DNA of 63,840 bases, the filler included, from Octopus bimaculoides (lineage: Eukaryota): the NCBI RefSeq assembly GCF_001194135.2. It is 7 parts of 6 records of this genome, joined end to end, with 100 filler letters (N's around TTAATTAATTAA, not from the genome) between each part and the next. Parts side by side here need not be neighbours in the genome. Positions count along the whole stretch, not along the records: positions 1 to 26,536 come from NC_069010.1; 6 more parts are not named here. One strand, 5' to 3'. Position 1 is the first letter of the stretch; each line of letters starts with the position of its first letter. This document shows positions 1 through 15,450 of this stretch, piece after piece. The position numbers and the translations under genes are program-made. Under the pieces are notes generated by a model that did not search any database, was not told the DNA's origin, and was given only the letters and a program-made list of their open reading frames with translations.

Positions 1-20
1 AATCATGATGATGATGGTGG

Positions 21-51
<31 letters not shown>

Positions 52-113
52 GATGATGATGATAATGATGATGGTGGTGGTGGTGGTGATGATAATCATG
101 ATGATGATGGTGG

Positions 114-144
<31 letters not shown>

Positions 145-185
145 GATGATAATCATGATGATGATGGTGGTGATGGTGGTGATGG

Positions 186-216
<31 letters not shown>

Positions 217-1590
217 GGTGATGATGATGACAGTGGTGGTGATGATGATGATGATGATGACGATGATAATTTTAATATTAATAACAGAAATAACAACAAC
301 GACAACAACAACAACAAAAATAATGAAGATGATGCTGATGATGATGATGATGGCAAGAAAAACCACAACATTAACAACTACAGCAGCATCAACCCCCCAC
401 AGCCACCGCCACCACCGCCACCAACCACCAACAACAACAGCTAAAGCAACAAAATGATAACAAAACACAAAAATTCAACAATAACAGCCACAACAACATT
501 TTTTCGATATGTTTTTCCAATTCCAAAACTGCAGGGAGTTGTCTGGAACGGAGGGGGANNNNNNNNNNNNNNNNNNNNNNNNNNNNNNNNNNNNNNNNNN
601 NNNNNNNNNNNNNNNNNNNNNNNNNNNNNNNNNNNNNNNNNNNNNNNNNNNNNNNNNNNNNNNNNNNNNNNNNNNNNNNNNNNNNNNNNNNNNNNNNNNN
701 NNNNNNNNNNNNNNNNNNNNNNNNNNNNNNNNNNNNNNNNNNNNNNNNNNNNNNNNNNNNNNNNNNNNNNNNNNNNNNNNNNNNNNNNNNNNNNNNNNNN
801 NNNNNNNNNNNNNNNNNNNNNNNNNNNNNNNNNNNNNNNNNNNNNNNNNNNNNNNNNNNNNNNNNNNNNNNNNNNNNNNNNNNNNNNNNNNNNNNNNNNN
901 NNNNNNNNNNNNNNNNNNNNNNNNNNNNNNNNNNNNNNNNNNNNNNNNNNNNNNNNNNNNNNNNNNNNNNNNNNNNNNNNNNNNNNNNNNNNNNNNNNNN
1001 NNNNNNNNNNNNNNNNNNNNNNNNNNNNNNNNNNNNNNNNNNNNNNNNNNNNNNNNNNNNNNNNNNNNNNNNNNNNNNNNNNNNNNNNNNNNNNNNNNNN
1101 NNNNNNNNNGTGGTGATTGTGGTGGTAGTGGTGGTTGTGGTAGTTGAGGTGGTGGTTGTGGTAGTTGAGGTGGTGGTTGTGGTAGTTGAGGTGGTGGTTG
1201 GGGTGGTAGTGATGGTTGTGGTAGTAGTGTGCGATGGCATTAATGGCAGTGGTGGTGTTGTCATTGGCGTTAGTGATGGTTTTGGAAATTGTAGTGGTTG
1301 TAGTGTTAGTGTTGGGTGTTGGTGATAGTTGAGATAGTGGTCGTGATAGATATGGTGGTAGTTGTGATGGTAGTGGTGGTGGTGGTGGTGACGATAATAA
1401 TAGCAGTGATGGGGATGATGATGATGATGATTATAATAATAGCAGTGATGATGGGAATGATGATGATGGTGGTGGTAATAGTAGTGGTGGTGATAGTGGT
1501 GGTGGCGATAATGGTGGTGGTGGTGGTGTTAATTATAATGACAATAACAACAATGATGGCAATGATGATGATGATGATGATGATGACAAT
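1..1590. repeat. Compound trinucleotide microsatellite (ATG/GTG/ACA/GGT), interrupted by an N gap (559-1109)
   Basis: Runs of gatgatgat, gtggtggtg, acaacaaca and gtagttgtg. The poly-M/V/T ORFs here are by-products. Confidence 0.95.
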
Positions 1591-1784
1591 TATGACACTC
1601 CTTCACTTGGCTCATGAAAGTTAAGGGAGGGACGTAGTTTTTTTCCCTTTTGTTGCATGCAGCAAGAACCAAAATGTTTCCAGTTGCTGCCATGATGTAA
1701 GCAGACACTCCCAAACAACAAGAAACCACTTACAACACTATCCTAACAGCACTGTCTAAACCATATGGCCTGAACACATCTACA

Positions 1785-2240
1785 ACATTCCTGAATATCG
1801 TCCAGGTACATCTATAACATCTCAGGATACTCTTCAGACACATCTACAACATCCCAGAATACTCTTCAGATTCATGTGCAACAGCCCACAATACTCTTCA
1901 TATACATGCACAACATACTCTTCAAATATATGTACAATATCCCAGAATTCTGTCCAGAGACATCTACAGCATCTCGGAATACTCTTCAAGTACATCTACA
2001 ACATCCCAGAATACTCTTCAAGTACATCTACAGTATCCCAGAATACTCTTCAAGTACATCTACAGCATCCCAGAATACATATCAGATACATGTACAACAT
2101 CTTAGGATACTATCCAGGTACATCAGCAACATCTCAGAATACTTACCAACATCCCAGGATACTTACAACATCCCAGGATACTGTTGAGACACATCTTCAA
2201 CATCCTAGGATACTGTCCAGGGACATCTATACCACTCCAA
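1785..2240. repeat. Minisatellite, ~32 bp unit, about 13-14 degenerate copies
   Basis: The unit catctacaacatcccagaatactcttcaagta recurs, e.g. near 1850, 1963, 1995 and 2027. Confidence 0.9.
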
Positions 2241-2384
2241 AACACTATTACAAACCTTTAATCACAAAGACATGATTGTTATATCTCTTCTTGGATAATT
2301 CAGCAGTTTGCCACAAGAGGGCGAGTATATATTTTCTCATTACAAGAGAGGCAAGAAAGAAGTATAGAGGTAGAACCGACACAG

Positions 2385-2560
2385 CACATGTGTTTAGTTA
2401 TAATTCTACATTCTGAGATCAACTCCTATCAAGCTTGACTTAGCATTCCATCCTCTTAGTGTCAATAAAATAGAAAACTAGTGACATATTGTGATCAGTA
2501 TTATTGACTAACCCCGCTTCATAAAATTGATGACTTTGTCCCTAAGTTAGAAGACAGAAG
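2385..2560 (+). mobile_element. Degenerate copy of the tRNA-derived SINE family 'B' (my label)
   Basis: ttctgagatcaactcctatcaagcttgacttagcattccatcc resembles ttctgagttgaaattccgctttggtcgactttgcttttcatcc at 52578. Confidence 0.5.
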
Positions 2561-2721
2561 CTCTCCATTATCAGGTGGACTGCATTATAGATGCGTTCAC
2601 ATATTTTGTAAAAGAGGCATACCTTTTTATCCCATCTCTCTCCCTGCTCTCCCTTTTGTATGCCTCATAAGATGCCCCTGCAGCATCATAAATAAATCTT
2701 GGAATTAAATAGTTTTGATTG

Positions 2722-2751
2722 ACTGTCAGATGACTTTTGGCCAACCCTGTA
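2722..2751 (-). mobile_element. Solo Tc1/mariner-like terminal inverted repeat
   Basis: Minus strand reads TA-CAGGGTTGGCCAAAAGTCATCTGACAGT, similar in form to the Tc1 end at 26470. No partner end found. Confidence 0.4.
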
Positions 2752-2754
2752 TGT

Positions 2755-3090
2755 ATCATCATCATCATCATCGTTTAACGTCCGCCTTCCATGCTAGCAT
2801 GGGTTGGACGATTTGACTGAGAACTGGTGAAACCAGATGGCTACACCAGGCTCCAATCTGATTTGGCAGAGTTTTTACAGCTGGATGCCCTTCCTAACGC
2901 CAACCACTCAGAGAGTGTCATCGGTGCTTTTACGTGCCACCGGCATGAGGGCCAGTCAGGCGGTACTGGTGACGGCCATGCTCGAAATGATGTATTTTAC
3001 GTGCCACCTGCACAGGAGCCAGTCCATTGGCACTGGCAACGATCTCGCTTGAATGTCTCTTCACGTGCCACTGGCACAAGTGCCAGGTAT
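2755..3090 (-). mobile_element. RTE-type 3' end / RTE-tailed SINE (family 'C') with (GAT)n tail
   Basis: Near-identical to 14015-14345 (catcgtttaacgtccgc..., ctggatgcccttcctaacgccaaccactcagagagtgt). A related piece at 5480-5680 abuts RTE coding sequence. Confidence 0.75.
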
Positions 3091-3439
3091 ATAGATATAT
3101 ATATGTACATACATACAAACATACATACATACAAACATACATACATACATACATTCATACATGCATACCTATATATCATTTATATCTTTATATGTAAATG
3201 TGGGTTGTCTGTGCATTTTGCATTTAGAAACTACATCTTATATGTTATTAGTTGCCAGCTCATACATAAGTTTGTATAACATTTATTTTGAGAAATTATA
3301 TCAAAATTTCTCTTGTGCTACACCCTTCAGCCTGTCAATGAAGAAAGGCAGAAAGTTGAAATGGAACAGTATTAGCAAAGAAGAGAAACACCTGAAGCTA
3401 GAAGGGAGTGATGGGTGGAGTAAAAGAAAGAGTCTAAAA

Positions 3440-3665
3440 TTCTAGAATGTGTCTGTGTGACATCAAACTCTTTGTTTTTCTTCCTCCTTTGATCTCTCTT
3501 TAATCTTTCTCTCACTCACTGTCTCTCTCTTTAGCATAGTGGAATAAGAAGAAATAGAGAAGGAGAAACATACATGAAGAGAGAGCGCTGAATAAATAGA
3601 TAGATTGATAGACAGAGATAAATCGATAAATAGACAGTTATATATAAATATATATATATATATGC

Positions 3666-3762
<97 letters not shown>

Positions 3763-4670
3763 CAGAGATAAATAGACAGTTATACAGCTAGACAGATAGA
3801 TAGATAGATAGATAAATAGGTAGGTAGGTAAGTAGGTAGGTAGGTAGAGATAGATAGACAGGTATCTAGAGAAAATAGGGAAAGAATGTGATGGTGATGA
3901 TGGCAGTGATTTGGAAACCGAGAAGCAGTATTTGCAAAGAGTGGTAATGCACAAAGTTGGCAGTGGAAGTTAAAGTAAGCTTCTAAATTACATTTGTGGA
4001 ACATCAAACTCTTTGTTTTCCTTCCTACTTCAGTCTCTCTTTAATATTTCTTTCTTCCTCTTCCTGTCTTTCTCCAGAATAATGGAACAAAAAGTTACAG
4101 GAAATGGGAGACGTACATGAAGATAGGTAAATAGATAGACAGATAGATGGAGAGAGAGAGAGAGACCGACAGACAGACAGACAGACAGACAGATAGATAG
4201 ACAGATAGAGAGAGAGATAGAGAGAGAGATAGAGATTAATAAATACATACATACATGCATACGTACATACATACACACATACATACATACACACATACAT
4301 ATTTATAGCAGACAGAGAGATAGAGAGAAAGATAGACAAACAGACTGAAGGAAGGAACTGTGATGGTGACAATAGTGATGGTTTGAAAACCAAGGAGTAG
4401 TTCTGGCTTTTGCAAATTTGAAAGAGAGTGATAGGATGAACAAAGGTTCTTAAATATGTTTCTGTGACATCAAACTCTTTGTTTTTCTTCCTACTTCAGT
4501 CTCTCTATAATCTTCCTCTCTCCTCCCTTTCTCTAGATTAATGGTATTAAAAGCAATAGAGAACAGTACAAATACGTGGAGAGAGAGAGATGTAGATAGT
4601 GAGAGAGAAAGAAAGAAGTGAAAAAGAGAGGGTGGATGATGGCAATGGAATCAGTTTGAAAACTGAATAA
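3440..4670. repeat. Local tandem triplication (~470-540 bp unit) with internal GATA/AT microsatellites
   Basis: catcaaactctttgtttt(t)c...tctctct occurs at ~3462, 4002 and 4469. Each copy is followed by a GATA tract and a gtgatg(g/a)tg...g(a)tttg(g)aaa(a)c-type motif. Confidence 0.75.
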
Positions 4671-5172
4671 TTCACTCATTCCCCTCAAGAGTCGGGATTC
4701 ACACGAAGCCCTACAAACTCAAATAATGCAATGTAGTCAGTGCTGATGACCACAAAATACAAGTAGATTTGCTGTAATAGATCTAAATACAGAATTATCA
4801 ACATTATCATTACCACAAAGCAAGGCCATAGCCCAATGACTGAAACAAATAAAGCATACACAACCTGAAATGGAAAAATATGTTTCCATATGTGCATATA
4901 TATATATATATATATATACAAATGGAACAAAAATGCAATAGAAGACAATAAAAGATTCAGACAGACAGATAGACGATACAAAGGCGGACAAGAGAAACAA
5001 CAATTAGAAGGACAGGCAAAAAAAGACGGGTCACTCTTGGCTTTCTTTCATCAGTCAAGTAACAGAAGTCACAACCATTTCGGGCAGTTACACTTGAGAT
5101 TGTTTGATCAGAGAGAGAGAGAGAGAGAACTCCTTAAATGAAAATATATATATACAGGCACAGGTATATGAA

Positions 5173-5470
5173 GGCACATTGGTCAGTGGTTAGAGCATCG
5201 GGCTTATAATCAATGAGTTCGATTCCTGGATTGGGTTGTGCGTTGTGTTCTTGAGCAAAACACTTTATTTCACATTGCTCCAGTTCACCCAGCTGTTGAA
5301 ATGAACTGCAATGTTACTGGTACCAAGCTGCCTTTGCCTTTCCCTTGGATAACATTGGTGGCATGGAGATGAGAGGCTGGTATGCATGGGCGACTGCTGG
5401 TCTACCATAAAACAATCTTGCCTGGACTTGTGCCTCAAAGGGGAACTTTCTAGTTGCAATCATGGTCATT
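5173..5470 (+). mobile_element. tRNA-derived SINE
   Basis: A box TGGTCAGTGG, B box GTTCGATTC (5217-5225), then tgtgttcttgagcaaaacactt, a typical post-tRNA SINE segment. No CCA-ending cloverleaf. Confidence 0.8.
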
Positions 5471-5479
5471 CATGACTCA

Positions 5480-6190
5480 AGGGGGTTTCTACAGCTGGAT
5501 GCCCTTCCTAACACTAACCACTCCGAGCATGTAATGGGTGTTTTTATGTGCCACCAGTATGGGCGCCATTTACATGACACCAGTATCTGCCATGACTGCA
5601 ATTTTGCTTGGCTTGATGGGTCTTCTTCTCAAACACAACATAATGCCAAAGGTCTTGATCATTGCCTCCGTGAGGTCCAATGCTCAAAAGGAACTTACCT
5701 CCGTGAGGCCCAACACTTGAAAGGAACTCAGCCACTTTGTCTCTCAGACTGCATCTCATCCACATCCACCCGTTTCCAAATTCTCCTCTCCAACATCCTT
5801 TCCCCTATCTTCATTGCATGCTCCAATAACTTCACTCCCCAATACATCCCACAACTCATTGCATCCCCCTTTTCCCTCGAAGATCGGTACCACCACACTT
5901 AGTGCCCAATCATCTGGCATTCTTCTTCCATCCAGCGCACCCTGGTAGAGCGCCATCATCACAACAGTCCCTATCTCTCCACTTGCAGCTATCGTTTCCA
6001 CACTTACTTCTGATGGACCAGCTGCCTTTCCTGTTTTCATTTCCTTCATTGCCTCCACTACTTCTTTCCAACGAACCCTCTCCACTGGCCCCTTCACCAC
6101 AACAATTTCTACGCTCTGATCCCATTCATTCTCCTCGTTCATAATTCCCTCCAGATGCTCTTTCCAAACTCTTCCCCTGTCCTTCTCATA
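5480..6190 (-). mobile_element. RTE-clade LINE fragment (linker to start of RT), frameshifted and joined to a 3'-UTR piece
   Basis: ORF 5756-6199: WKEHLEGIMNEENEW...EVVEAMKEMKTGKAAGP...MPDDWALSVVVPIFEGKG. After a frameshift it continues ...GVKLLEHAMKIGERMLERRIWKRVDVDEMQ, matching the region that leads into non-LTR RT domains. Confidence 0.92.
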
Positions 6191-6534
6191 TACATACATA
6201 TATATATATATATAAATTTAAATAATAAGGGTAAAAATTGATATTAATTATATTAATATCAATTTAAACCAGTGGCCTAGCACGTTGGAAAAAATCTGAA
6301 GATTCAGAAAATCATATTACATACATATGAGAAGAATGACCACTAGGTGGACTCTTAATATGCTAAATGTAGACCCCATATTTTGTATCTTTTCATTTGT
6401 GTTGCTTGCTTTACGTACTGGTGTTTGCCGAATTTTTCTTGAGTATTGTACATGTTTTCTTTTTTCCATAATTGTATACCTATTTTTGCCTCCTTGTATA
6501 TAGATATGTGTATGTATGTGTGTATATATATATA

Positions 6535-6715
6535 AATGACGGGCTTCTTTCAGTTTCTGTCTACCAAATCCACTCACAAGGCTTTGGTCAGCCCGAGGCT
6601 ATGGCAGAAGACACTTGCCCAAGGTGTCATGTAGTGGGACAGAACCCAGAACCATGTGGTCATGTGGCAGGGAAGCAAACTTCTTATACCACACAGTCAT
6701 GCCTGCATCTATGCT
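6535..6715 (-). mobile_element. tRNA-derived SINE (same family as 63670-63825)
   Basis: Reverse complement of ttgggcaagtgtcttctgc.atagcctcgggc..accaaagccttgtgagtggatttg.tagac.gaaactgaaagaagc. Confidence 0.85.
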
Positions 6716-7019
6716 TGAGAGAAATTTGTGGGGTGGTCATGGCTGGAAGCACACTTTGATCACTTATGTCTCTCTTTGTCTGTTTTTCTAAATCCGAACT
6801 GACCTGGGGCTAAACGACATTTGCAATACAAACAGCCATAATTGCAATACCGTTGTTGTTGTTGTTGCTGTTGTTGTTGTTGCTATGGTTGTTTGGCCTG
6901 CAGGTCAGCATTGATTTGGCAGACAGACAGACCTGTGATCAAAGGCGGTGGCGGTGGTGGTGTGGTTGGAGGGTGGAGAGGAGTGTGTGAGCCAATGCAT
7001 TAAATTGAGTGAGATGCCA

Positions 7020-9175
<2,156 letters not shown>

Positions 9176-9259
9176 CTGACTATATTGTTGTTGCTAGCAA
9201 AATTTTCAGTAATGAAATGTCTCTGTCATGCATATATGTATGTATNNNNNNNNNNATAC

Positions 9260-9300
<41 letters not shown>

Positions 9301-9534
9301 CATATATATATACATGCATATATATATAAATATATGTATGTGTATGTATATATGTGCATAAGTAAACACATATGCATACATATATATATATATATACATA
9401 CACACATGCTCACACACTCACACAGATATACTTTCACACAATTATGCACATGTAATCTTATGTATAAATACACAATCACACCTTCAAAGATGTAATCACA
9501 CACACACAAATCAATTCACATAACTTCAAACACA

Positions 9535-9750
9535 CACACATAACATCACACACACACATAACATCACACACACACATAACATCACACACACACACATAAC
9601 ATCACACACACACACATAACATCACACACACACACATAACATCACACACACACATAACATCACACACACACACATACACACAANNNNNNNNNNTCACACA
9701 CACACATAACATCACACACACACATAACATCACACACACACACATACACA
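9535..9750. repeat. Short minisatellite taacat(ca)n
   Basis: About 10 copies of taacatcacacacacaca. Confidence 0.9.
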
Positions 9751-9789
9751 CAAATGCAACTACACATAATTTTTTTTTTTTTAAATAAA

Positions 9790-11030
9790 CAGATTTCCAT
9801 CTGTTCCAGTCATGAGTGACCAATTGTTCAATCAAGTGAATTATCTGCTCCTGAATTAACACATAAGTGGCTGAATATTCCATAGTTACATGGCTCTGTC
9901 CTCATGTATTGTCTGCTTTTACGCCGTGTTGATGTTGCCACAACGAAATTCTTTCCAATTAAGTGTGAGTTGCCCATCAAATGAAGTCGTAACATTACTT
10001 CATTCTAACCTCCTTATAGTGTTTCTTTGGCAGAAATATTTGGGGTGGTTTGCCATTGCTTTTCCCCAACTGGATGGTCATTGGCCCCACAAGGAACCCA
10101 TCCATCCTCCAACAGGTCTTGCTTTAGCCCTGCTGGTTGTCCAGATATGCTCCTCACACGAATAGCAAGCTACACAAGTTGGGGGGGGGGGAGAAACCAG
10201 TTCAATAACTGACCACTCAACCATGGAACAGGTAGTACTGGTTTATATGATGCCAATAACAGGTCCCATGAGTCTGTGATGAGATCCCTAACCTGACTTT
10301 AACCAAGGTGTAGTTCTGCCTTTTCGTAAGCACTAACAAGTCCTTCTCTTCCTCCTCCTCCTTCTTTATAAGCAGTTGCAATCTATAGTTGTGTATTTTT
10401 GCAATGTCCTGCTTTTCATGGAAACAAAAACCTTTCAGAAACCAGAGGGTGGAGCACCAAAGTGTCATTGTTACATATTGTATGCTTTTATGGTGTGTTG
10501 ATAACACTTCAATGAAAGCTTTCCCAATTAAAAGCAATTTCTCTCATTAGACATTGCTTTGTTCTGACCGCCTCATAGTGTTTCTTGGCAGAGATATTGT
10601 GGTGGTCTGCTATTTCCTTTCCCAACTGTATGGCCATTGGCCCACAAAGAACTCATCCATCCTTCAACAGGTCTTGCTTTATTTAGTCCTGCTGGTTGTC
10701 CAGACACCCTCCTCACAAGAATAGCCAGCTTCTCAAGTGGAGGAACCGATTCAGTCACTGACCACTCAACCATGGAACACGTAGTACTTGGTTTATATGA
10801 TGCCAGTAGCAGGTCCCAGCAATCTGTGATGAGCTTCCTCACCTGACCTTGACCAAAGTGTAGTTCTGCCTTTTCATTAGCACTAGCAAGTCCTCCTCCT
10901 CTTCCTCCTCCTTCTTTATAAGCAGCTGCAATCTATAGTTGTGTATTTTTGCAATGTCCTGCTTTTCATGAAAACAAAAGCTTTCAGAAATCAATGAGGG
11001 CAGGGCACCAAAGTGTCATTGTTCCGTATC
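9790..11030 (-). mobile_element. Two tandem ~500 bp copies of a degraded element, probably an RTE LINE 5' region
   Basis: Copies ~10020-10480 and ~10578-11025 align end to end. Minus strand gggaaaggaaatagcagaccaccacaatatctctgccaagaaac resembles the Bov-A-like RTE 5' motif. Downstream WNIQPLM / HLIEQLVTHDWN weakly recalls the endonuclease start WNVRTL. The duplication is certain; the RTE call is inference. Confidence 0.45.
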
Positions 11031-11189
11031 ATAAGCTTTCATATTTTGAAAGATTCACTTTCATTTATTTCATCTTTCCATACAACATCATCCAGTGCAG
11101 ACGATATGACAATACTTTTATTTTAATAAATGTTGCTTACTGCAAGTTATGGATGATTCTTTTATGACTTCATTGCTTTCAGGCTTAAC

Positions 11190-11375
11190 TTAAGGTATTT
11201 TCGTGCCCAACATCACAAAATGCGTCTGAATAAACATTGCCGGACAGCAAATAGAGACTCGGACATTGCTTAGAAAATATTTTTCATTTTTAACCTTGTA
11301 TATAGTACGCACTGGGGATTTTGACCTTTAAATTTTGGGGGGAAAATGCAGATTATGCTTAAGGATTTACGGTAA
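11190..11375. mobile_element. DNA-transposon terminus (pogo/Tigger-like TIR)
   Basis: Ends ...gcagattatgcttaaggatttacggTA (reverse complement TA-CCGTAAATCCTTAAGCATAATCTGC). A similar end gtcgactattactcaagtatataaggt lies near 29880-29905. Confidence 0.45.
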
Positions 11376-12102
11376 ATAAATAAATAAATGGAGTTAAATG
11401 TAGGTGTTATTCAAATTCTTTTACTTCCGACATATGTTTCAAAGACAACATTGGTATTATTCCAAAGGAATAAAATGGTGTAAAACAATGTAATCTTCTC
11501 ATCAGGGAAAGAAAGAAATAAACCAAACTCTTCAATAAGACATTTTAACAGAATGTGATGGATATGTATAATGATGAACGGAACGTCATTAAGTTTTTTT
11601 TTAAAACCATTAGAGGATATAAAGTCAAAGGTAGCCTATAGAAAAAGGAGGGGTAAAGGAAAGAAACAAGCAGAAAACTAATAAATGAGAAATATAGAGT
11701 GATTATGTTTATTTCCTTAAACTAAAAAGCACATCATACCTGTCAAACATATTAACAGAAGGTAAATAAGCAATACCTTGTAAGTTTATTTCGATTATAT
11801 TTAAAAGTAGAGTTTTGAATAGATGACAGGAATTCAAAAGAATTTTTAAAAAATTCCTGCTTGTGTTTAATATATAAACATAATGTTTTCAAATATGCTG
11901 ACTTACACTGTGGAAATTCTGTGGGTCCTGCTAGTCTTGTGTTAACACAGATCAGCGGTTGTGTATTCCACAGGCACACGCATACCCTTAAATGTAATCC
12001 TCAAGCCTAGTTAGAGTCATACAGAGTGAAACAACACTGGGGCCTTTGAATTACAGGGACAATCCTTCGTGTATATGTGGCTATTTCTCAGACACACACG
12101 TA

Positions 12103-12141
<39 letters not shown>

Positions 12142-12369
12142 TATCATTATCATCATCATCCTTTATGTAATTCATGAGTAGAATCAGTATGGAACAGGTA
12201 CAATTCACTTGATGGGCTTCTCCACAGTTTCCATCTACCTAATTTCACTCATGAATGTAGGAGGTTACCCCAGGTCTTTTGTAAACTGTGCTTGGAAAAG
12301 CTGATATGCTGAGGACTGAACTCAGAATTTTATGACTGTGAAGCAAATGTTTGAGTTACTCAGCCAGGA

Positions 12370-13375
12370 TGTATCCACATACACACACACACACACACAT
12401 ACATACACATGTACACACATTCACACACACACACACATGTACATTCACATGCAAACATATCTGCACACACATGCCCACAGATGCATGGGAACACACATTC
12501 ACACACACACATGCTTGCACAGACATACATGTCCACGCACACACATGTATGGACACACACATGCACACACATGTACGGACACACACATGCACACAAGAAC
12601 GTTCACACACACTTGTACACACAAGCAGGCATACATGCATACGTATTCACACATATCCACATATTCATATACACATGCAGGCATATGTACATGCATGCAC
12701 AAACACGTATACACACACCTGCACACATGCCTCTACACACATTCATGTCCACACACACAAACACGAACACATATGTGCGGACACACACATGCACGCACCC
12801 ACATTCACGTGTACATGTATACACATACACACTTACATGTACACATACATGCACACACATACATATCTAAACACACACATGTTCGGGGACACACACATGT
12901 ACACACAAGCAAGCATACATGCATACATATTCATTTATTCATATACACATGCGCACCTATGTACACACAAGCACATACATATACACACACATGCACACAT
13001 GCCAACACATAAACATGTCCACACACACACACGTCCACTCACACACATCCACATACACACATACACATGAACACACACGTACAGACACACACATGCATGC
13101 ACCCAGAATCACACACACATGTACACACAAGCACACATGCATGCATACACATAGACACTCACATATACACATAGATGCACACGTACCTGCACACACATGT
13201 TCACACACGCACATGAACACACATGTACAGACACACACAAACACAAATACACACAGGCATACATATGTGCAAACACATGCACACATATGCATCAACACAT
13301 ACACACATACCTGCACATGCACATCTACACACACACATATGGACACAAATGCACACACACACACTAAACTATGCA
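12370..13375. repeat. Cryptic (CA)-rich microsatellite, ~1 kb
   Basis: Alternating purine-pyrimidine ca/tg/ta dimers. The HT-rich and CV-rich ORFs are artefacts. Confidence 0.95.
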
Positions 13376-13516
13376 ATATTACCCACAGAGTTTAAATTAA
13401 TGGCGCCAGAAGTGTAATGGGAAATGGTGCATCGACTGCACAACCATTAGCAACATGCCACAAATATTAGCAACAATTGGCAACAAGCCACAACTGTTGT
13501 TAACACCAGAAATATT

Positions 13517-13761
13517 GGCTTCAAATTTTGGCACAAGGCCAGCAATTTCGCGGGAGCGGGTCAGTCAATTACACTGATCCCCAGTGCTCAACTGGTACTT
13601 AATTTATTGACCCTTAAAGAATGAATGGCACAGTTGACCCTGGTGGAATTTGAACTCAGATTGTAAAGACATTTTGCCTGGCATGCTAATAATACTGTCA
13701 GCTCATCACTTTATGAGTGTACATACGTGTGCTTGTATTTGCACAAATGTATGCCTGTGTG

Positions 13762-13802
<41 letters not shown>

Positions 13803-15450
13803 ATGTGTGTGTGTCTGTACGTGTGTGTTCATGTGCGTGCAGGTATGTGTGCATGTATGTGGAGTGGGTCAGTCAATTACATCGACCCCAGTGCTCGGTT
13901 GGTACTTAATTTATTGACCCTAAAAGAATGAATGGCAAAGTTGACCCCGGTGGAATTTGAACTCAGAATGTAATGACATTTTGCATGCTAATAATACTAT
14001 CAGCTCATCACCTTATCATCATCGTTTAACGTCCGCTTTCCATGCTAGAATGGGCTGGACGATTTGACTGAGGACTGGTGAAACCGGATGGCAACACCAG
14101 GTTCCAATTTGGCAGAGTTTCTACAGCTGGATGCCCTTCCTAACGCCAACCACTCAGAGAGTGTAGTGGGTGCTTTTACGTGTCACCCGCATGAAGGCCA
14201 GTCAGGCGGTACTGGCAACGGCCACGCTCAAAATGGTGTCTTTTATGTGCCACCCGCACAAGAGCCAGTCCAGGGGCACCGGCAACGATCTCGCTCGAAG
14301 ATCCTATGAAGGCTAGTCAGGCGGTACTGGCAACAGCTACGCTCANNNNNNNNNNNNNNNNNNNNNNNNNNNNNNNNNNNNNNNNNNNNNNNNNNNNNNN
14401 NNNNNNNNNNNNNNNNNNNNNNNNNNNNNNNNNNNNNNNNNNNNNNNNNNNNNNNNNNNNNNNNNNNNNNNNNNNNNNNNNNNNNNNNNNNNNNNNNNNN
14501 NNNNNNNNNNNNNNNNNNNNNNNNNNNNNNNNNNNNNNNNNNNNNNNNNNNNNNNNNNNNNNNNNNNNNNNNNNNNNNNNNNNNNNNNNNNNNNNNNNNN
14601 NNNNNNNNNNNNNNNNNNNNNNNNNNNNNNNNNNNNNNNNNNNNNNNNNNNNNNNNNNNNNNNNNNNNNNNNNNNNNNNNNNNNNNNNNNNNNNNNNNNN
14701 NNNNNNNNNNNNNNNNNNNNNNNNNNNNNNNNNNNNNNNNNNNNNNNNNNNNNNNNNNNNNNNNNNNNNNNNNNNNNNNNNNNNNNNNNNNNNNNNNNNN
14801 NNNNNNNNNNNNNNNNNNNNNNNNNNNNNNNNNNNNNNNNNNNNNNNNNNNNNNNNNNNNNNNNNNNNNNNNNNNNNNNNNNNNNNNNNNNNNNNNNNNN
14901 NNNNNNNNNNNNNNNNNNNNNNNNNNNNNNNNNNNNNNNNNNNNNNNNNNNNNNNNNNNNNNNNNNNNNNNNNNNNNNNNNNNNNNNNNNNNNNNNNNNN
15001 NNNNNNNNNNNNNNNNNNNNNNNNNNNNNNNNNNNNNNNNNNNNNNNNNNNNNNNNNNNNNNNNNNNNNNNNNNNNNNNNNNNNNNNNNNNNNNNNNNNN
15101 NNNNNNNNNNNNNNNNNNNNNNNNNNNCAAAGTCAATCTCAGCAGAATTTGAACTCAGAAAATAAAGATAGACGAAATACTGCTAAGCATTTCGCCCGGT
15201 GTGCTAACGTTTCTTATTTCTTTAATGTCCACACGGGGCTAAATATAGAGGGGACAAACAAGGACAGACAAACGGATTAAGTCGATTATATCGACCCCAG
15301 TGCGTAACTGCTACTTATTTAATCGACCCCGGAAGGATGAAAGGCAAAGTTGACCTCAGCGGAATTTGAACTCAGAACGTAACAGCAGACGAAATACCGC
15401 TAAGCATTTCACCTGGCGTGCTAACGTTTCTGCCAGCTTGTCACCTTAGC
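13517..15450 (-). mobile_element. Composite SINE block: family B x4, family C x1, TG microsatellite and an N gap
   Basis: B copies at ~13517-13710, 13865-14012, 15135-15205 and 15230-15445 (B box GAGTTCAAATTCC on minus); C copy at 14015-14345. Confidence 0.85.

Noticed and set aside
1874-2275. Repetitive 133-aa ORF (QVHLQHPRIL / YSSSTST)
   Set aside because: It comes from a 32-bp minisatellite whose unit is not a multiple of 3; there is no sign of coding constraint.
5173-5240. Possible tRNA genes here, at 20017 and at 63680
   Set aside because: They have A/B boxes but no complete cloverleaf; each continues into a SINE body or is truncated.
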